A stretch of 32,000 bases of DNA from Bacillus subtilis subsp. subtilis str. 168 (GCF_000009045.1 NC_000964.3:3600001-3632000), one strand, 5' to 3'; positions 1 through 8,862 are shown, numbered from the stretch's first letter. Made by a program: numbers and translations. Notes: generated by a model from the letters alone, not told the origin.

Positions 1-1909
1 CGCTTGCTTGAATATGGTGAGCGCCTTCAGAAAGCTTTGATGTATCCCACTCCAGCAGCTGTGATGTAAATAGTCCGTCAGGCAGATTGAACTGAAATTG
101 CCAGCTTTTATTCGAGCGCTGATTATCGCCAATAAAGAGTTCCTTCTCAGGAGACACCCTCTGATCTCTGATCACCGTTCCATCCGATAACACCAATCGG
201 GCGTTTTTGACTAAGAAGTCATCACGGTTTTCAGCCGTATCAAACGGAGACACCTTCGAACCTGAACGTATCGTAATACGCTGCAGCTGCTTCCCTTTCC
301 GAAGCAGTGTCTCTGGCAATGGAACAGAATAGGTGCGGTATTTATTTGTTGTATCATCGAACACCTTCAGCACTTTGCCTTCCATCGTTACCGCGTTTTT
401 AAAATAAAGGTTCGTTTTCCTCGTATCGAATGCAAAATATACTTCTTTTTCCATCGCGGGCTCTGTCACTTGTTTTTTCCCGTCAATCCATAGCTTAATG
501 CTGTCAGCTCGCCCTTCTGTCGTGGCTTTGAGAAATTGAGTTCCCGACAGCGTGTCTCTGTTTTCAATATTCATCCGCAGACCGTGCGCCTTGCTTGTTT
601 GTTTAATATCAATCATTTTGACCGGCGTTCTCGCTTCATTGATCCCGTCCCCGGCCGCCACATAATACTCTAGCTGATCCTTCCCGATCAATTCAGGCGA
701 ATACACAATATAATGGAAGAGATTATCGTTGCGGTCTTTTTCAGCAAGAATTCGCTTAAACGGTTTGTTCTCATCCGTCCGGTAGTAAAAGGCCACTGTT
801 TTCACTAGGCTTCGGTCCCGTATGTCAGCCCGCAGCTCAATGCTTTCAGCAGGGCGGACAGGCTTGCGGTCAGTCAAATCCTCAATGACCGGCTTTTCTT
901 TATCGAGCTTGATTTTCCGTTTCTGGTCGGGCACCTGTGCCTGTAATACGGTTCCGGGAGACGGATTCTTTTCCCCGATTGAAATGTTCAGAAGTTCTGC
1001 TGTTCCGTTCAGTGGATACTTATAAAGCACTGATGACAGCCGGCGCAGCGCATGTTTCCGATAATGCGCAACCGAAATGTCCTTTCCTGTATTCGTTGAT
1101 ATCACAACGGCCCGCGGCCTCGTATTGGCCATACCCTCTGTCTCGTCTATCACCGCAAGATTTTTTCCTTCTTTTAGTTGTGTCTGATAATAACGATTGA
1201 AATCCGCTGACGTCAATTCTGGATGCCCGGCAGGCTTCAGCCAGACGACAAACGTTTCGCCGGATGGTATCAAGATCCTTTCATCAGGTCTCCAAATCAG
1301 ATCGGAGTCAGGCCCTTCTTTTGGGTAGCGGTAACGGATATGGTAGTCTTTAAAATCAATCGTTCTGTCAGTCGTATTAAAAATCTCAATAAATTCATAA
1401 CCGTCTGCGCGTCCTATATTCTTCGTATCAACCGCCAGCTCTGTGATCAGAAGCTCCGGAATATGGGCAAGGTCAGCCTGGTATCCTTCAAGCTTCAGTT
1501 TCTTCGTCTCCGACTCAACCCGCTGCTTCCCATTCGACATCACAATGTAATACTCAAGCTCGCTGTTCCAAATCAAACGTTTCGGAATTTGTGCCAAAAA
1601 CTTGCGGACCGCTCCGGGGGTCGGGTCCATCGGCACCATTTTGTAGCCCAGCTCATTACTTTGTTTATAAAAAAGAAAGGCGGAAAATGCTTGATACGAA
1701 TTATCGCGAACTTGAGCCTCAATCATTAGATTGCTTCTCATTTCAGCTTTCACATCAATTTGAGGAGGATTTTCAAGCAAGGGTATGTAATGAGGCGTTT
1801 GAAATAGTTCCTGCTGTACAACAGGAAAAGCTTTCGATTCATGATGGCCGCCAGACAAAACGGAAAGAAAAGACAGTAATATAGAAGCAATAACCGTGTA
1901 TTTCCTCAT
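1..1909 (-). CDS. yvnB: N-terminal ~636 codons of a very large secreted protein (signal peptide plus lamin-tail-domain-like region); 3' end lies beyond the window start
   Basis: Hand translation of the minus strand from ATG 1909..1907 (SD GGGAGGTG upstream) stays open to position 1: MRKYTVIASILLSFLSVLSGGHHESKAFPVVQQ... It is absent from the ORF track only because no stop lies inside the window. LTD-like motif ELLITELAVDTKNIGRADGYEFIEIFNTTDRTIDFKDYHIRY. The + strand track ORFs 822-2093 are antisense shadows. Confidence 0.85.
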   Translation of the reverse strand, partial: MRKYTVIASILLSFLSVLSGGHHESKAFPVVQQELFQTPHYIPLLENPPQIDVKAEMRSNLMIEAQVRDNSYQAFSAFLFYKQSNELGYKMVPMDPTPGAVRKFLAQIPKRLIWNSELEYYIVMSNGKQRVESETKKLKLEGYQADLAHIPELLITELAVDTKNIGRADGYEFIEIFNTTDRTIDFKDYHIRYRYPKEGPDSDLIWRPDERILIPSGETFVVWLKPAGHPELTSADFNRYYQTQLKEGKNLAVIDETEGMANTRPRAVVISTNTGKDISVAHYRKHALRRLSSVLYKYPLNGTAELLNISIGEKNPSPGTVLQAQVPDQKRKIKLDKEKPVIEDLTDRKPVRPAESIELRADIRDRSLVKTVAFYYRTDENKPFKRILAEKDRNDNLFHYIVYSPELIGKDQLEYYVAAGDGINEARTPVKMIDIKQTSKAHGLRMNIENRDTLSGTQFLKATTEGRADSIKLWIDGKKQVTEPAMEKEVYFAFDTRKTNLYFKNAVTMEGKVLKVFDDTTNKYRTYSVPLPETLLRKGKQLQRITIRSGSKVSPFDTAENRDDFLVKNARLVLSDGTVIRDQRVSPEKELFIGDNQRSNKSWQFQFNLPDGLFTSQLLEWDTSKLSEGAHHIQAS

Positions 1910-2000
1910 CAAAGCACCTCCCTTTTCATGTATTTTGCGTCTGAACAGGGAAGCTTATGAGTTCATTTTTGTGCATAAAGAACAAAAAAACGTCTGTCTC

Positions 2001-2029
2001 TTGAAAATTCCACTATTACCCAGTAAACT
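2001..2029 (+). promoter_or_regulatory. sigmaA-type promoter of yvnA (TTGAAA-N17-TAAACT)
   Basis: TTGAAA at 2001-2006, 17-nt spacer, TAAACT at 2024-2029, about 45 nt upstream of the yvnA ATG. The -10 overlaps a GTAAAC half-site. Confidence 0.5.
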
Positions 2030-2036
2030 AAGGATA

Positions 2037-2050
2037 GTTAACCAGTTAAC
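2037..2050. promoter_or_regulatory. MarR-type operator candidate GTTAACCAGTTAAC just downstream of the yvnA -10
   Basis: 14-mer with two GTTAAC half-sites separated by CA. Differs at 2 positions from the GTTTAC-NN-GTAAAC boxes seen at 4728-4965. Confidence 0.4.
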
Positions 2051-2073
2051 AATTAAATCAGAGAGGCAAATTG

Positions 2074-2547
2074 ATGGACAACAGCATTCATGATGAATTA
2101 TTTCAAGCTATACAACAATTCGCATTAAAAAGGGATAAACGCGTCTGGCAAAAGGTGCAGATACCATCCATTGGCATATCCTCACAACATCACGATCACC
2201 TCAAAAAAGACTGGACTTTGACCCAGCTTCACATTGTTTCCTGCATACATACCAGCCAAAATGTGAACAACAGCTTCTTAGCATCCCGTTTACACATCTC
2301 AAAAGCCGCTGTTTCAAAAGCGGTTCATGCTTTGTTGAAACACAATATCATTACAGTGACAAAAAAGCCTGGCAACAAAAAAGAAATTTTTTATACGCTA
2401 ACTGATAGCGGCAGAAAATTGGCGGCATTACATGAACAGCTTCATGAGAAAGCAAAGGAGCAATATAAACAGCTTTTCAATGAATTTTCAATTGATGATT
2501 TAAAAACAGTGACTGCGTTTTTCAACTTGTGGATCAAATATATGTAA
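2074..2547 (+). CDS. yvnA: MarR-family transcriptional regulator (paralog of PchR)
   Basis: Track ORF 2071..2547. ATG at 2074 follows a TTG. Winged-helix region ...FLASRLHISKAAVSKAVHALLKHNIITVTKKPGNKKEIFYTLTDSGRKL aligns by eye with PchR 4993..5502. Confidence 0.85.
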   Translation: MDNSIHDELFQAIQQFALKRDKRVWQKVQIPSIGISSQHHDHLKKDWTLTQLHIVSCIHTSQNVNNSFLASRLHISKAAVSKAVHALLKHNIITVTKKPGNKKEIFYTLTDSGRKLAALHEQLHEKAKEQYKQLFNEFSIDDLKTVTAFFNLWIKYM

Positions 2548-2580
2548 AAAGAGTCTCACCCGCATGGGAGAGACCTTTGG
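2546..2580. terminator. Convergent (bidirectional) terminator between yvnA and cypX
   Basis: GTCTCACCC-gcat-GGGAGAGAC (2553-2574, one mismatch), with an A-run on the left and CTTT on the right. On the minus strand the hairpin is followed by TCTTTTT. Confidence 0.6.
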
Positions 2581-2587
2581 AATTCTA

Positions 2588-3805
2588 TTATGCCCCGTCA
2601 AACGCAACGAGAAGTGAAACAGGTCCGCGTGTATACAGACCGGACTCAGCATAACAAAAATCTTCCTCTAATCTGATATTCCGCATCTTATCCAGCACAA
2701 TATTAGCTACAATTTCGATTTCGTTTTTGGCAAAAGCTGCTCCTACACAGTTATGAATGCCGGATCCGAAAGCGAGATGCCGGGCGGCGCCGCTAAAAGC
2801 GCTCTTGATACCAAGATCTTCCCGATGAATATTAAACACGTCAGGCTGTTCAAATGCTTCAGGGTCCCGGTTAGCCGCACCGATCATACAAAAAACAATC
2901 GTATCTTTTTTGATTTCCATACCGCCGACCACTGTATCTTGGGACAGCTGCCGCGGAATCAGCTGAACCGGCGGTTTATAACGCAATGTCTCCGCAATGG
3001 CTCTCGGAACTAACGAACGGTCAGCCAAAACATCATTCATCTGCTCAGGATTGTTGAGCAAATGGTAGATCATCAGTGCCAGCGTCTTATCAGCCGGTTC
3101 CGTTGCGGCTAACAGCACATTAAGAATCAGTGCGAGTATATCCTTGTCCGACAGCGCCATGCCTTCATATTCAGAAGTACATAGGATCGAAATTAAATCT
3201 GATCCCGGATTGACGCGACGTTCTTTAATGACCGGCATCAAGTATTGGGAAAGCTGTTCGCTGCACCATAACGAATGTGCCCGCGCTTCAGGAGATTGAG
3301 AGATACTCGTGATAAAATCGGCAACTCCGCTGTGCCACTCAGAGATTTTTTCATGGTCTCTTTTATCCAGCCCGAGCATGTCCATCGTGACGCACACCGC
3401 AAACGTCTTTCCAAAATCATTGACGAGATCACTTTTCCCTCTTTCAAGATAAGGCGCTAACAAGTTTTCTGCATTTTGTTTAATCAATGGAGACAGATGA
3501 TCCAGTGCGTCACCGATAAAGCTTCTCACTACAATTCTTCTTTTGGCAGAGTGTTCTTTTCCATGCATTTGGGCCAGCACAGGGCCTCGCATGACTGGTT
3601 CGGCACGCTCAACAAGTGATTTCGTCGTGAAGATATCCGGATGCTGAAGGATATAGCGGACATCATGATAGCGGCTGATAAAATAACTGTCTATCGACTC
3701 TTCATAATGAACCGGATCTTCCTCCCGCAGTTGTGAAAAATAAGCATATGGATTGTTTTGAAATTGATCAGAAAGCACACTAAACAATTTAATCGATTGG
3801 CTCAT
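2588..3805 (-). CDS. cypX: Cytochrome P450 CYP134A1, cyclo(Leu-Leu) oxidase / pulcherriminic acid synthase
   Basis: 405-aa ORF. Heme-thiolate signature FGSGIHNCVGAAFA near the C-terminus. SD AGGGGGAG upstream. Lies 15 nt downstream of yvmC. Confidence 0.93.
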   Translation of the reverse strand: MSQSIKLFSVLSDQFQNNPYAYFSQLREEDPVHYEESIDSYFISRYHDVRYILQHPDIFTTKSLVERAEPVMRGPVLAQMHGKEHSAKRRIVVRSFIGDALDHLSPLIKQNAENLLAPYLERGKSDLVNDFGKTFAVCVTMDMLGLDKRDHEKISEWHSGVADFITSISQSPEARAHSLWCSEQLSQYLMPVIKERRVNPGSDLISILCTSEYEGMALSDKDILALILNVLLAATEPADKTLALMIYHLLNNPEQMNDVLADRSLVPRAIAETLRYKPPVQLIPRQLSQDTVVGGMEIKKDTIVFCMIGAANRDPEAFEQPDVFNIHREDLGIKSAFSGAARHLAFGSGIHNCVGAAFAKNEIEIVANIVLDKMRNIRLEEDFCYAESGLYTRGPVSLLVAFDGA

Positions 3806-3820
3806 GTTTTACTCCCCCTA

Positions 3821-4567
3821 TCATCCTTCAGATGTGATCCGTTTCTCAGAAAGCATCTGCGCCATTTCCTGTACAATGAGATACCCTTGATTCGGCCGCA
3901 TACAAATAGAAAATTCATGGTTACTGATCTTCTCACCCAGCTTCCACGGACGATGATAAGCAAGGAGTGTCTCTTCCACCTCTAAAATATCCGGAGCTCC
4001 GATAAAAAACGGCAGCTCAGCTATGACATATTCCACAGCCAAATTCAGCATATCCTCACTGACTTCTTCCATCATCAAACTGACGCCCCGCGCACGCCCG
4101 ATTATCGCTTCACGAGACATGTCCAAACAAGCATGTCGAAAATGAGGCTGCTCAAAAAATGCATGTTCAACTTCTTGTCTCAACAGCTGGTAGGCTTTGT
4201 TATCTATAAAATCAGAAAATGTATGAATCGCCTTCGGATCCCCGCCATGAGCCACAAGGGCTCTTTCTGCAAATCTCCTGTTTCGTGATACCTCTTTCCT
4301 TACTTTTCGTTCAGCCTTTCCTCTCGGAGTTCCAAGCGCTTCTAGAAGATTAGCCGCCTCATGCCCTGCAAGTAAAACTGAAACGCTTTTAAATTGAGCT
4401 TTCGCCCATCCAATTAATCTGTAAATATAATCCTCTGAAAACCTGCTGTTAAATGGGCTGATCCCCACCAAAACATGCCTGCGCCGTTCAAATATTTCTC
4501 TGCAGTTTTCTGTTAATGCCTCAGCAATAAAATGCACAGACCTTCTTTCCGTTACCATTCCGGTCAT
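3821..4567 (-). CDS. yvmC: Cyclodipeptide synthase (tRNA-dependent cyclo-L-Leu-L-Leu synthase)
   Basis: Track ORF 3821..4576. I prefer the ATG at 4567 (MTGMVTERR..., 248 aa), with SD AGGGG 8 nt upstream. CDPS catalytic-Ser region [13 protein letters not shown]. Confidence 0.9.
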   Translation of the reverse strand: MTGMVTERRSVHFIAEALTENCREIFERRRHVLVGISPFNSRFSEDYIYRLIGWAKAQFKSVSVLLAGHEAANLLEALGTPRGKAERKVRKEVSRNRRFAERALVAHGGDPKAIHTFSDFIDNKAYQLLRQEVEHAFFEQPHFRHACLDMSREAIIGRARGVSLMMEEVSEDMLNLAVEYVIAELPFFIGAPDILEVEETLLAYHRPWKLGEKISNHEFSICMRPNQGYLIVQEMAQMLSEKRITSEG

Positions 4568-4727
4568 CTCATTCACCCCTAAAACTTATCCCGCTTTAAG
4601 TCATCACCCTCAAATACAAGATGGAATAGCTAGAACAACTGAACAAGACGAATGGCAGGCATCACTTAAAGTTTCCAAATGTTTTTTAAGATTTTAATAA
4701 TCATTTTCAATACCCATATCATGATAA

Positions 4728-4745
4728 ATGTTTACTAGTAAACAT
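4728..4745. promoter_or_regulatory. Perfect 18-bp palindrome ATGTTTACTAGTAAACAT: PchR (YvmB) box on the yvmC-cypX promoter
   Basis: Perfect dyad read directly from the sequence. Lies 6-23 nt downstream of the predicted yvmC -10. A 14-bp palindromic PchR motif has been described for this locus. Confidence 0.75.
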
Positions 4746-4750
4746 TAGTC

Positions 4751-4779
4751 ATTTTATCCCTTTTCCTTCCAAACGTCAA
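4751..4779 (-). promoter_or_regulatory. sigmaA promoter of yvmC-cypX (TTGACG-N17-TAAAAT)
   Basis: On the minus strand: TTGACG (4779-4774), 17-nt spacer, TAAAAT (4756-4751). Confidence 0.6.
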
Positions 4780-4889
4780 TATGATCTGTGCCCAAATATT
4801 TGAAAATAAATGTAAACATCACATTTTCCACACACTTTTTACACGCATATTCAGCATGACATATCAACAAATAGTCTAAACACCAACAA

Positions 4890-4918
4890 TTGACAACGAA
4901 AACAAGAAAAGATAAAAT
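4890..4918 (+). promoter_or_regulatory. sigmaA promoter of pchR-yvmA (TTGACA-N17-TAAAAT)
   Basis: TTGACA 4890-4895, 17-nt spacer, TAAAAT 4913-4918. Located 75 nt upstream of the pchR ATG. Confidence 0.65.
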
Positions 4919-4924
4919 AAAATT

Positions 4925-4965
4925 GTTCACCAGTAAACGATTTGTTTTATTGTTTCATCGTAAAC
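4925..4965. promoter_or_regulatory. Two imperfect PchR-type boxes (GTTCACCAGTAAAC 4925-4938; GTTTCATCGTAAAC 4952-4965) in the pchR leader
   Basis: Both match GTTTAC-NN-GTAAAC with 1-2 mismatches. They are spaced 27 bp centre to centre, immediately downstream of the pchR -10. Confidence 0.55.
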
Positions 4966-4992
4966 TATTATTCCTAAGAAAGAAGGTAGCCT

Positions 4993-5502
4993 ATGTCTGA
5001 TTTGACAAAACAGATGATATACGACATATACGTGAGACTGCTGCACCTTAATGAACAAAAAGCGAACACTTCACTTCAGCAATTTTTTAAGGAGGCCGCA
5101 GAAGAGGATGTAGCTGAAATTCCCAAAAATATGACAAGCATTCACGTCATTGACTGCATCGGCCAGCATGAACCCATTAATAATGCCGGAATTGCCAGAA
5201 AAATGAACTTATCGAAAGCGAATGTAACGAAAATCAGCACAAAACTGATCAAGGAAGAATTCATTAACAGCTATCAGCTGACAGATAACAAAAAAGAAGT
5301 TTATTTTAAATTAACCCGTAAAGGCAGACGGATTTTCGACTTACATGAGAAACTGCATAAAAAAAAGGAGCTGGCTTTTTACCAATTCCTCGATTCATTT
5401 TCACAAGAAGAACAAAAGGCTGTATTGAAGTTTCTAGAGCAGTTGACGTCAACACTTGAAGCAGAACAAACCGATGGGACTCCAGACAAACCTGTAAAGT
5501 AA
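4993..5502 (+). CDS. pchR: MarR-family repressor of pulcherrimin biosynthesis
   Basis: 169-aa ORF with a MarR wHTH ([48 protein letters not shown]). Divergent from yvmC. Confidence 0.9.
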   Translation: MSDLTKQMIYDIYVRLLHLNEQKANTSLQQFFKEAAEEDVAEIPKNMTSIHVIDCIGQHEPINNAGIARKMNLSKANVTKISTKLIKEEFINSYQLTDNKKEVYFKLTRKGRRIFDLHEKLHKKKELAFYQFLDSFSQEEQKAVLKFLEQLTSTLEAEQTDGTPDKPVK

Positions 5503-5522
5503 ACAAAAAGGCGGTGTACACT

Positions 5523-6734
5523 TTGGCTCATACAAAATCAAAGGCAGTATTGATCTTATACACTGTTTGCTTCAGTGCATTTTTTGCATCTTTAAGCCAG
5601 AACATTTATTCACCTATTCTTCCGATCATTAAAGAATCATTCCATGTTTCCACAGCTATGGTGAACCTGTCAGTCTCAGTTTTTATGATTGTGACAGCAA
5701 TAATGCAAATTATATTAGGAGCGATCATTGATTTTAAAGGCGCTCGGATCGTCTTGATTACCGGTATTCTGGCAACGGCAGCAGCCAGCATCGGCTGTGC
5801 GGTGACTACTGACTTTACCTTGTTTCTGATATTCAGAATGATACAGGCAGCCGGTTCCGCAGCACTGCCTCTTATTGCTGCCACAACGATCGGACAGCTG
5901 TTTACAGGAAATGAACGCGGGAGTGCAATGGGAACGTATCAAATGCTCCTGTCTGTCGCACCGGCTATTGCTCCAGTTCTAGGAGGATTCATAGGCGGAG
6001 CAGCCGGATACGAAGGGATTTTTTGGATACTTGCGGCCATCTCTATCGTTTTGCTGGTGACAAACAGCATCACCTTTCCTAAAGATTCTCCAACTGAATC
6101 TATGCAGCAAGCCAAAGGCAATGTGTTCGCTCATTATAAATCAATATTTACAAATCGAACAGGGAACGTCATTTTGACTTTAAGTTTTGTTCTCTTTTTC
6201 ATTTATTTTGCAGTAATTGTCTACCTCCCAATATTGCTGACAGAGCATTACCATATAGATGTGGGTATAGCAGGACTGTTATATTTGCCGCTGGCGCTGA
6301 GCACGATTGCAGGTACGTTTCTGTTTAAAAGAATACAGGCAAAAATCGGGCTGCACACCTTGTTTATCGGAAGCAATGTGATTGCCGCCTGCAGCATCAT
6401 TTTATTTGCTGTTACACATTCCGTTTCTCTCGTTCTCATGGCTCTGACGCTGGCACTGTTTGGCATCTCGATGGGGGTTATTCCTCCCTTGTACTCTACA
6501 ATGATTACTAATGAATTTGAGCACAACAGAGGGAGTGCAATCGGAATGTTTAACTTTATCCGATATACAGGCATGGCAGCAGGTCCGATGGTATCTGCCT
6601 ACTTGCTCACAATGATGCCGTCTGCCATGTCCTTTAGCCTCCTAGGCCTTGGATTTGCCGCATTGAGCTTTTGCCTTCTTCCGCCAATGTTTTCGCCGCA
6701 GAAGCGCACGAAACAAAAAAAGCACCACATGTAA
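5523..6734 (+). CDS. yvmA: 12-TMS MFS transporter (pulcherriminic acid export candidate)
   Basis: Track ORF 5514..6734. I prefer the TTG at 5523 (SD AAAGGCGGTG about 7 nt upstream), giving 403 aa. Highly hydrophobic, with an MFS-like loop motif. Confidence 0.85.
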
Positions 6735-6765
6735 AAAAGCTGCCTTTGCGGGCAGCTTTTTTTAT
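6733..6765. terminator. Bidirectional terminator shared by yvmA (+) and yvlD (-)
   Basis: AAAAAAGCTGCC-tttgcg-GGCAGCTTTTTT. A-run and T-run flank a GC stem, which overlaps the yvlD stop codon. Confidence 0.85.
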
Positions 6766-7121
6766 TTTTTTCTAAGCGGCTCTAAAATGCCTTTTTGAAT
6801 CAGCAAATGGAAGACCGACAGGATAACGGATGCCCATATCGCTGTGCCGAAGCCGTCGATTTGAAAGCTGTCACCCATAATGGACGCGGTCATCATAAGC
6901 GTGATGGCGTTAATCACAAACAAGAAGAGTCCAAGCGTCACCATGGTGACCGGCAGTGTAAATATAATTAAAAGCGGTTTAATCAGCACGTTTAAGATCG
7001 ATAAAATGAGGCTGGCGATAATCGCTGCCCCAATGCTGCTGATATGGATGGAGTCAATATATCCATCAATGACGATTAATAACAATGCATTGACTAAAAT
7101 GCTGACTGCCCATTTTACCAT
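6762..7121 (-). CDS. yvlD: 4-TMS membrane protein, phage-holin-4 / DUF360-like
   Basis: 119-aa hydrophobic ORF. Last gene of the tightly packed yvlABCD string (1-nt gap to yvlC). Confidence 0.8.
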   Translation of the reverse strand: MVKWAVSILVNALLLIVIDGYIDSIHISSIGAAIIASLILSILNVLIKPLLIIFTLPVTMVTLGLFLFVINAITLMMTASIMGDSFQIDGFGTAIWASVILSVFHLLIQKGILEPLRKK

Positions 7122-7122
7122 G

Positions 7123-7320
7123 TCATTTCATATCCCTTTCTGACGGGACGATAAAAATCCAAATGATATAAATGAGCAAAACCGGCAAGACACTTGTCAT
7201 AATGGCTAAGATGACAGTTATGACTCTGAGGAGTGATGCGTCCCAATTGAAATATTCCGCGAGACCTCCGATAACACCGGCGATTTTCTTATTTTTTTCT
7301 GAGCGATAAAGCTTATTCAT
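7123..7320 (-). CDS. yvlC: PspC-domain small membrane protein
   Basis: 65 aa. KLYRSEKNKKIAGVIGGLAEYFNWDASLLRVITVILAI is a typical PspC N-terminal domain, followed by a TM helix. Confidence 0.85.
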   Translation of the reverse strand: MNKLYRSEKNKKIAGVIGGLAEYFNWDASLLRVITVILAIMTSVLPVLLIYIIWIFIVPSERDMK

Positions 7321-7324
7321 TCGA

Positions 7325-8422
7325 TCACCTCTGTGAGTACTTTAGTTTGATGGCGCCTGTTAGTGATTCTGAGAAGACGGTGATGTTTTGATCATGTGCC
7401 TGATTTGAAGTGAACATCATTTCTTTTTGAATCGTATCATTTTTTTCCTTCAGCATCTCTACATCCATTAATTCATGGGACAGCGTACCAAGATTGCTTT
7501 TCAGCTCTGCCTTCACTGCGAGATCGTCCGGAATTGCAAGCTCTACATTTCCAGTCGTTGTTTTTGCATAAATGGAGCGGCAGTCTGATTCTGTTACGTT
7601 AATCGCAATATTTCCGTTAAAGCTTTGAACGTCAATGGATTCGCTTTTCCCTCGGAGATCGATCAATCCGTTAATGGTTTCCGCTTCTATCGTACCGCAG
7701 CTGTGGCTTGCGAGCTTAATTTGCCCGTTGGCCGTTTCAGCTATGGCTTTTTCGGCTGTTAAATACGAGAACGACAGCACGCCGTTTGTCGTTTTCGCTG
7801 AGAACTCTTTTACATGTAAATGTTCCCCTCTGACTGGACCGTTAAACAGCTTCACCCGAATCTTATCATACTCCTTCTGAGGAATATACAAAGTGACATT
7901 CGTTTTCATCGTCTTTTTCTCAGTACGGATAAAAAACTTATTACCTTTGATTTCACATTCAATATGCTGAAGAAATGCGTGTCTCGCCGCATCCTGGCTG
8001 TCAGCGCGATATACCTTCGCCTGGCATTCCGCTCTGATATCGTCATCTTCCCAAGGGACGATATTTACGCTGCCATTGGCAATTTGCAGCTCAACACTGG
8101 AAAAGTCAGTATCTTTAAATTGAAAAATGTGCTGAACATCATACGCATGGCCAAAGTTTAAATCAAGGTCAACTTCCTTGACCTTTTTCACAGCAGAATC
8201 AATCCAGTCAAACAGCTTGGCTCCTAAAGACGGTTTGCCGCTTTCTTTTTTTGCCGTTGTAAATGGCTCTTCCTCGTCATGAACGTGAACTGAGAGCGCT
8301 GTGATTTTCTCTTCTTTTTCCTTGTAGTCGCTGTCAAGCTTTTCAATCAGTGTCAAAGCTTCTTGTGCTGTAAGCTTTCCTTCCTCAACAAGCTTAAGGA
8401 TTCGTTCCTTTTCTTGCTTCAT
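7325..8422 (-). CDS. yvlB: Cytoplasmic protein with an N-terminal SHOCT-like helix and a C-terminal repeated beta-solenoid (DUF4097 / Toastrack-like)
   Basis: 365 aa with no signal peptide or TM. N-terminus ILKLVEEGKLTAQEALTLIEKL. Recurring xNGxIxL motifs (ANGSVNIV, TTNGVLSF, TANGQIKLA, TINGLIDLR, SFNGNIAINV, TTTGNVELA). Confidence 0.8.
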   Translation of the reverse strand: MKQEKERILKLVEEGKLTAQEALTLIEKLDSDYKEKEEKITALSVHVHDEEEPFTTAKKESGKPSLGAKLFDWIDSAVKKVKEVDLDLNFGHAYDVQHIFQFKDTDFSSVELQIANGSVNIVPWEDDDIRAECQAKVYRADSQDAARHAFLQHIECEIKGNKFFIRTEKKTMKTNVTLYIPQKEYDKIRVKLFNGPVRGEHLHVKEFSAKTTNGVLSFSYLTAEKAIAETANGQIKLASHSCGTIEAETINGLIDLRGKSESIDVQSFNGNIAINVTESDCRSIYAKTTTGNVELAIPDDLAVKAELKSNLGTLSHELMDVEMLKEKNDTIQKEMMFTSNQAHDQNITVFSESLTGAIKLKYSQR

Positions 8423-8446
8423 TACGATCTCCTCCCCATTGTCTAC

Positions 8447-8773
8447 TTATGCTGCACGCAGGACCTTAATGCCCTGAATCACATTCCAAATGATAATGCC
8501 AATGACAACTAAGAAATAAATAACCGCTCCCCCGATGATTACAAATACAGGAAGCAAGCTGTCTCCATCAATCGCAACGGCTCCGCCAAGTAAAGCAATA
8601 AAAAGGAACAGCCAGCCGACAAACGGAACAATGTGAGAAATAAGAGAGCGTATCGCATGGCGTTTTGTTTCTTTCTCATTTACAACAAAATATGCGACAA
8701 TCGGCACAATGATTGGCGCAATGAACACACTGAAATAACAAAGTGATGCAATAATAGCTTGATTACGGTTCAA
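8447..8773 (-). CDS. yvlA: Small polytopic membrane protein, first gene of yvlABCD
   Basis: Track ORF 8447..8785 starts at a GTG only 1 nt after SD AGGAG. The in-frame TTG at 8773 (108 aa) has more workable spacing. The start is uncertain by 4 codons. Confidence 0.75.
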   Translation of the reverse strand: MNRNQAIIASLCYFSVFIAPIIVPIVAYFVVNEKETKRHAIRSLISHIVPFVGWLFLFIALLGGAVAIDGDSLLPVFVIIGGAVIYFLVVIGIIIWNVIQGIKVLRAA

Positions 8774-8834
8774 TTCATTCCACACTCCTATTGTGAATTG
8801 TCCATGACAAAAGATCAGGGACGTTTTACTTATT

Positions 8835-8862
8835 TATACGTTTAAAATCTCTTCAGGTTTCA
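8835..8862 (-). promoter_or_regulatory. sigmaW (ECF) promoter of yvlABCD: TGAAAC-N16-CGTATA
   Basis: The minus strand reads TGAAAC (8862-8857), a 16-nt spacer, then CGTATA (8840-8835). This is an exact match to the sigmaW consensus. Lies about 50 nt upstream of yvlA. Confidence 0.8.

Noticed and set aside
822-2093. Five + strand track ORFs (67-168 aa) covering 822-2093
   Set aside because: All lie antisense to a continuous, signal-peptide-bearing minus-strand frame (yvnB) that is open from 1909 to position 1. They have low-complexity or odd composition and no SDs.
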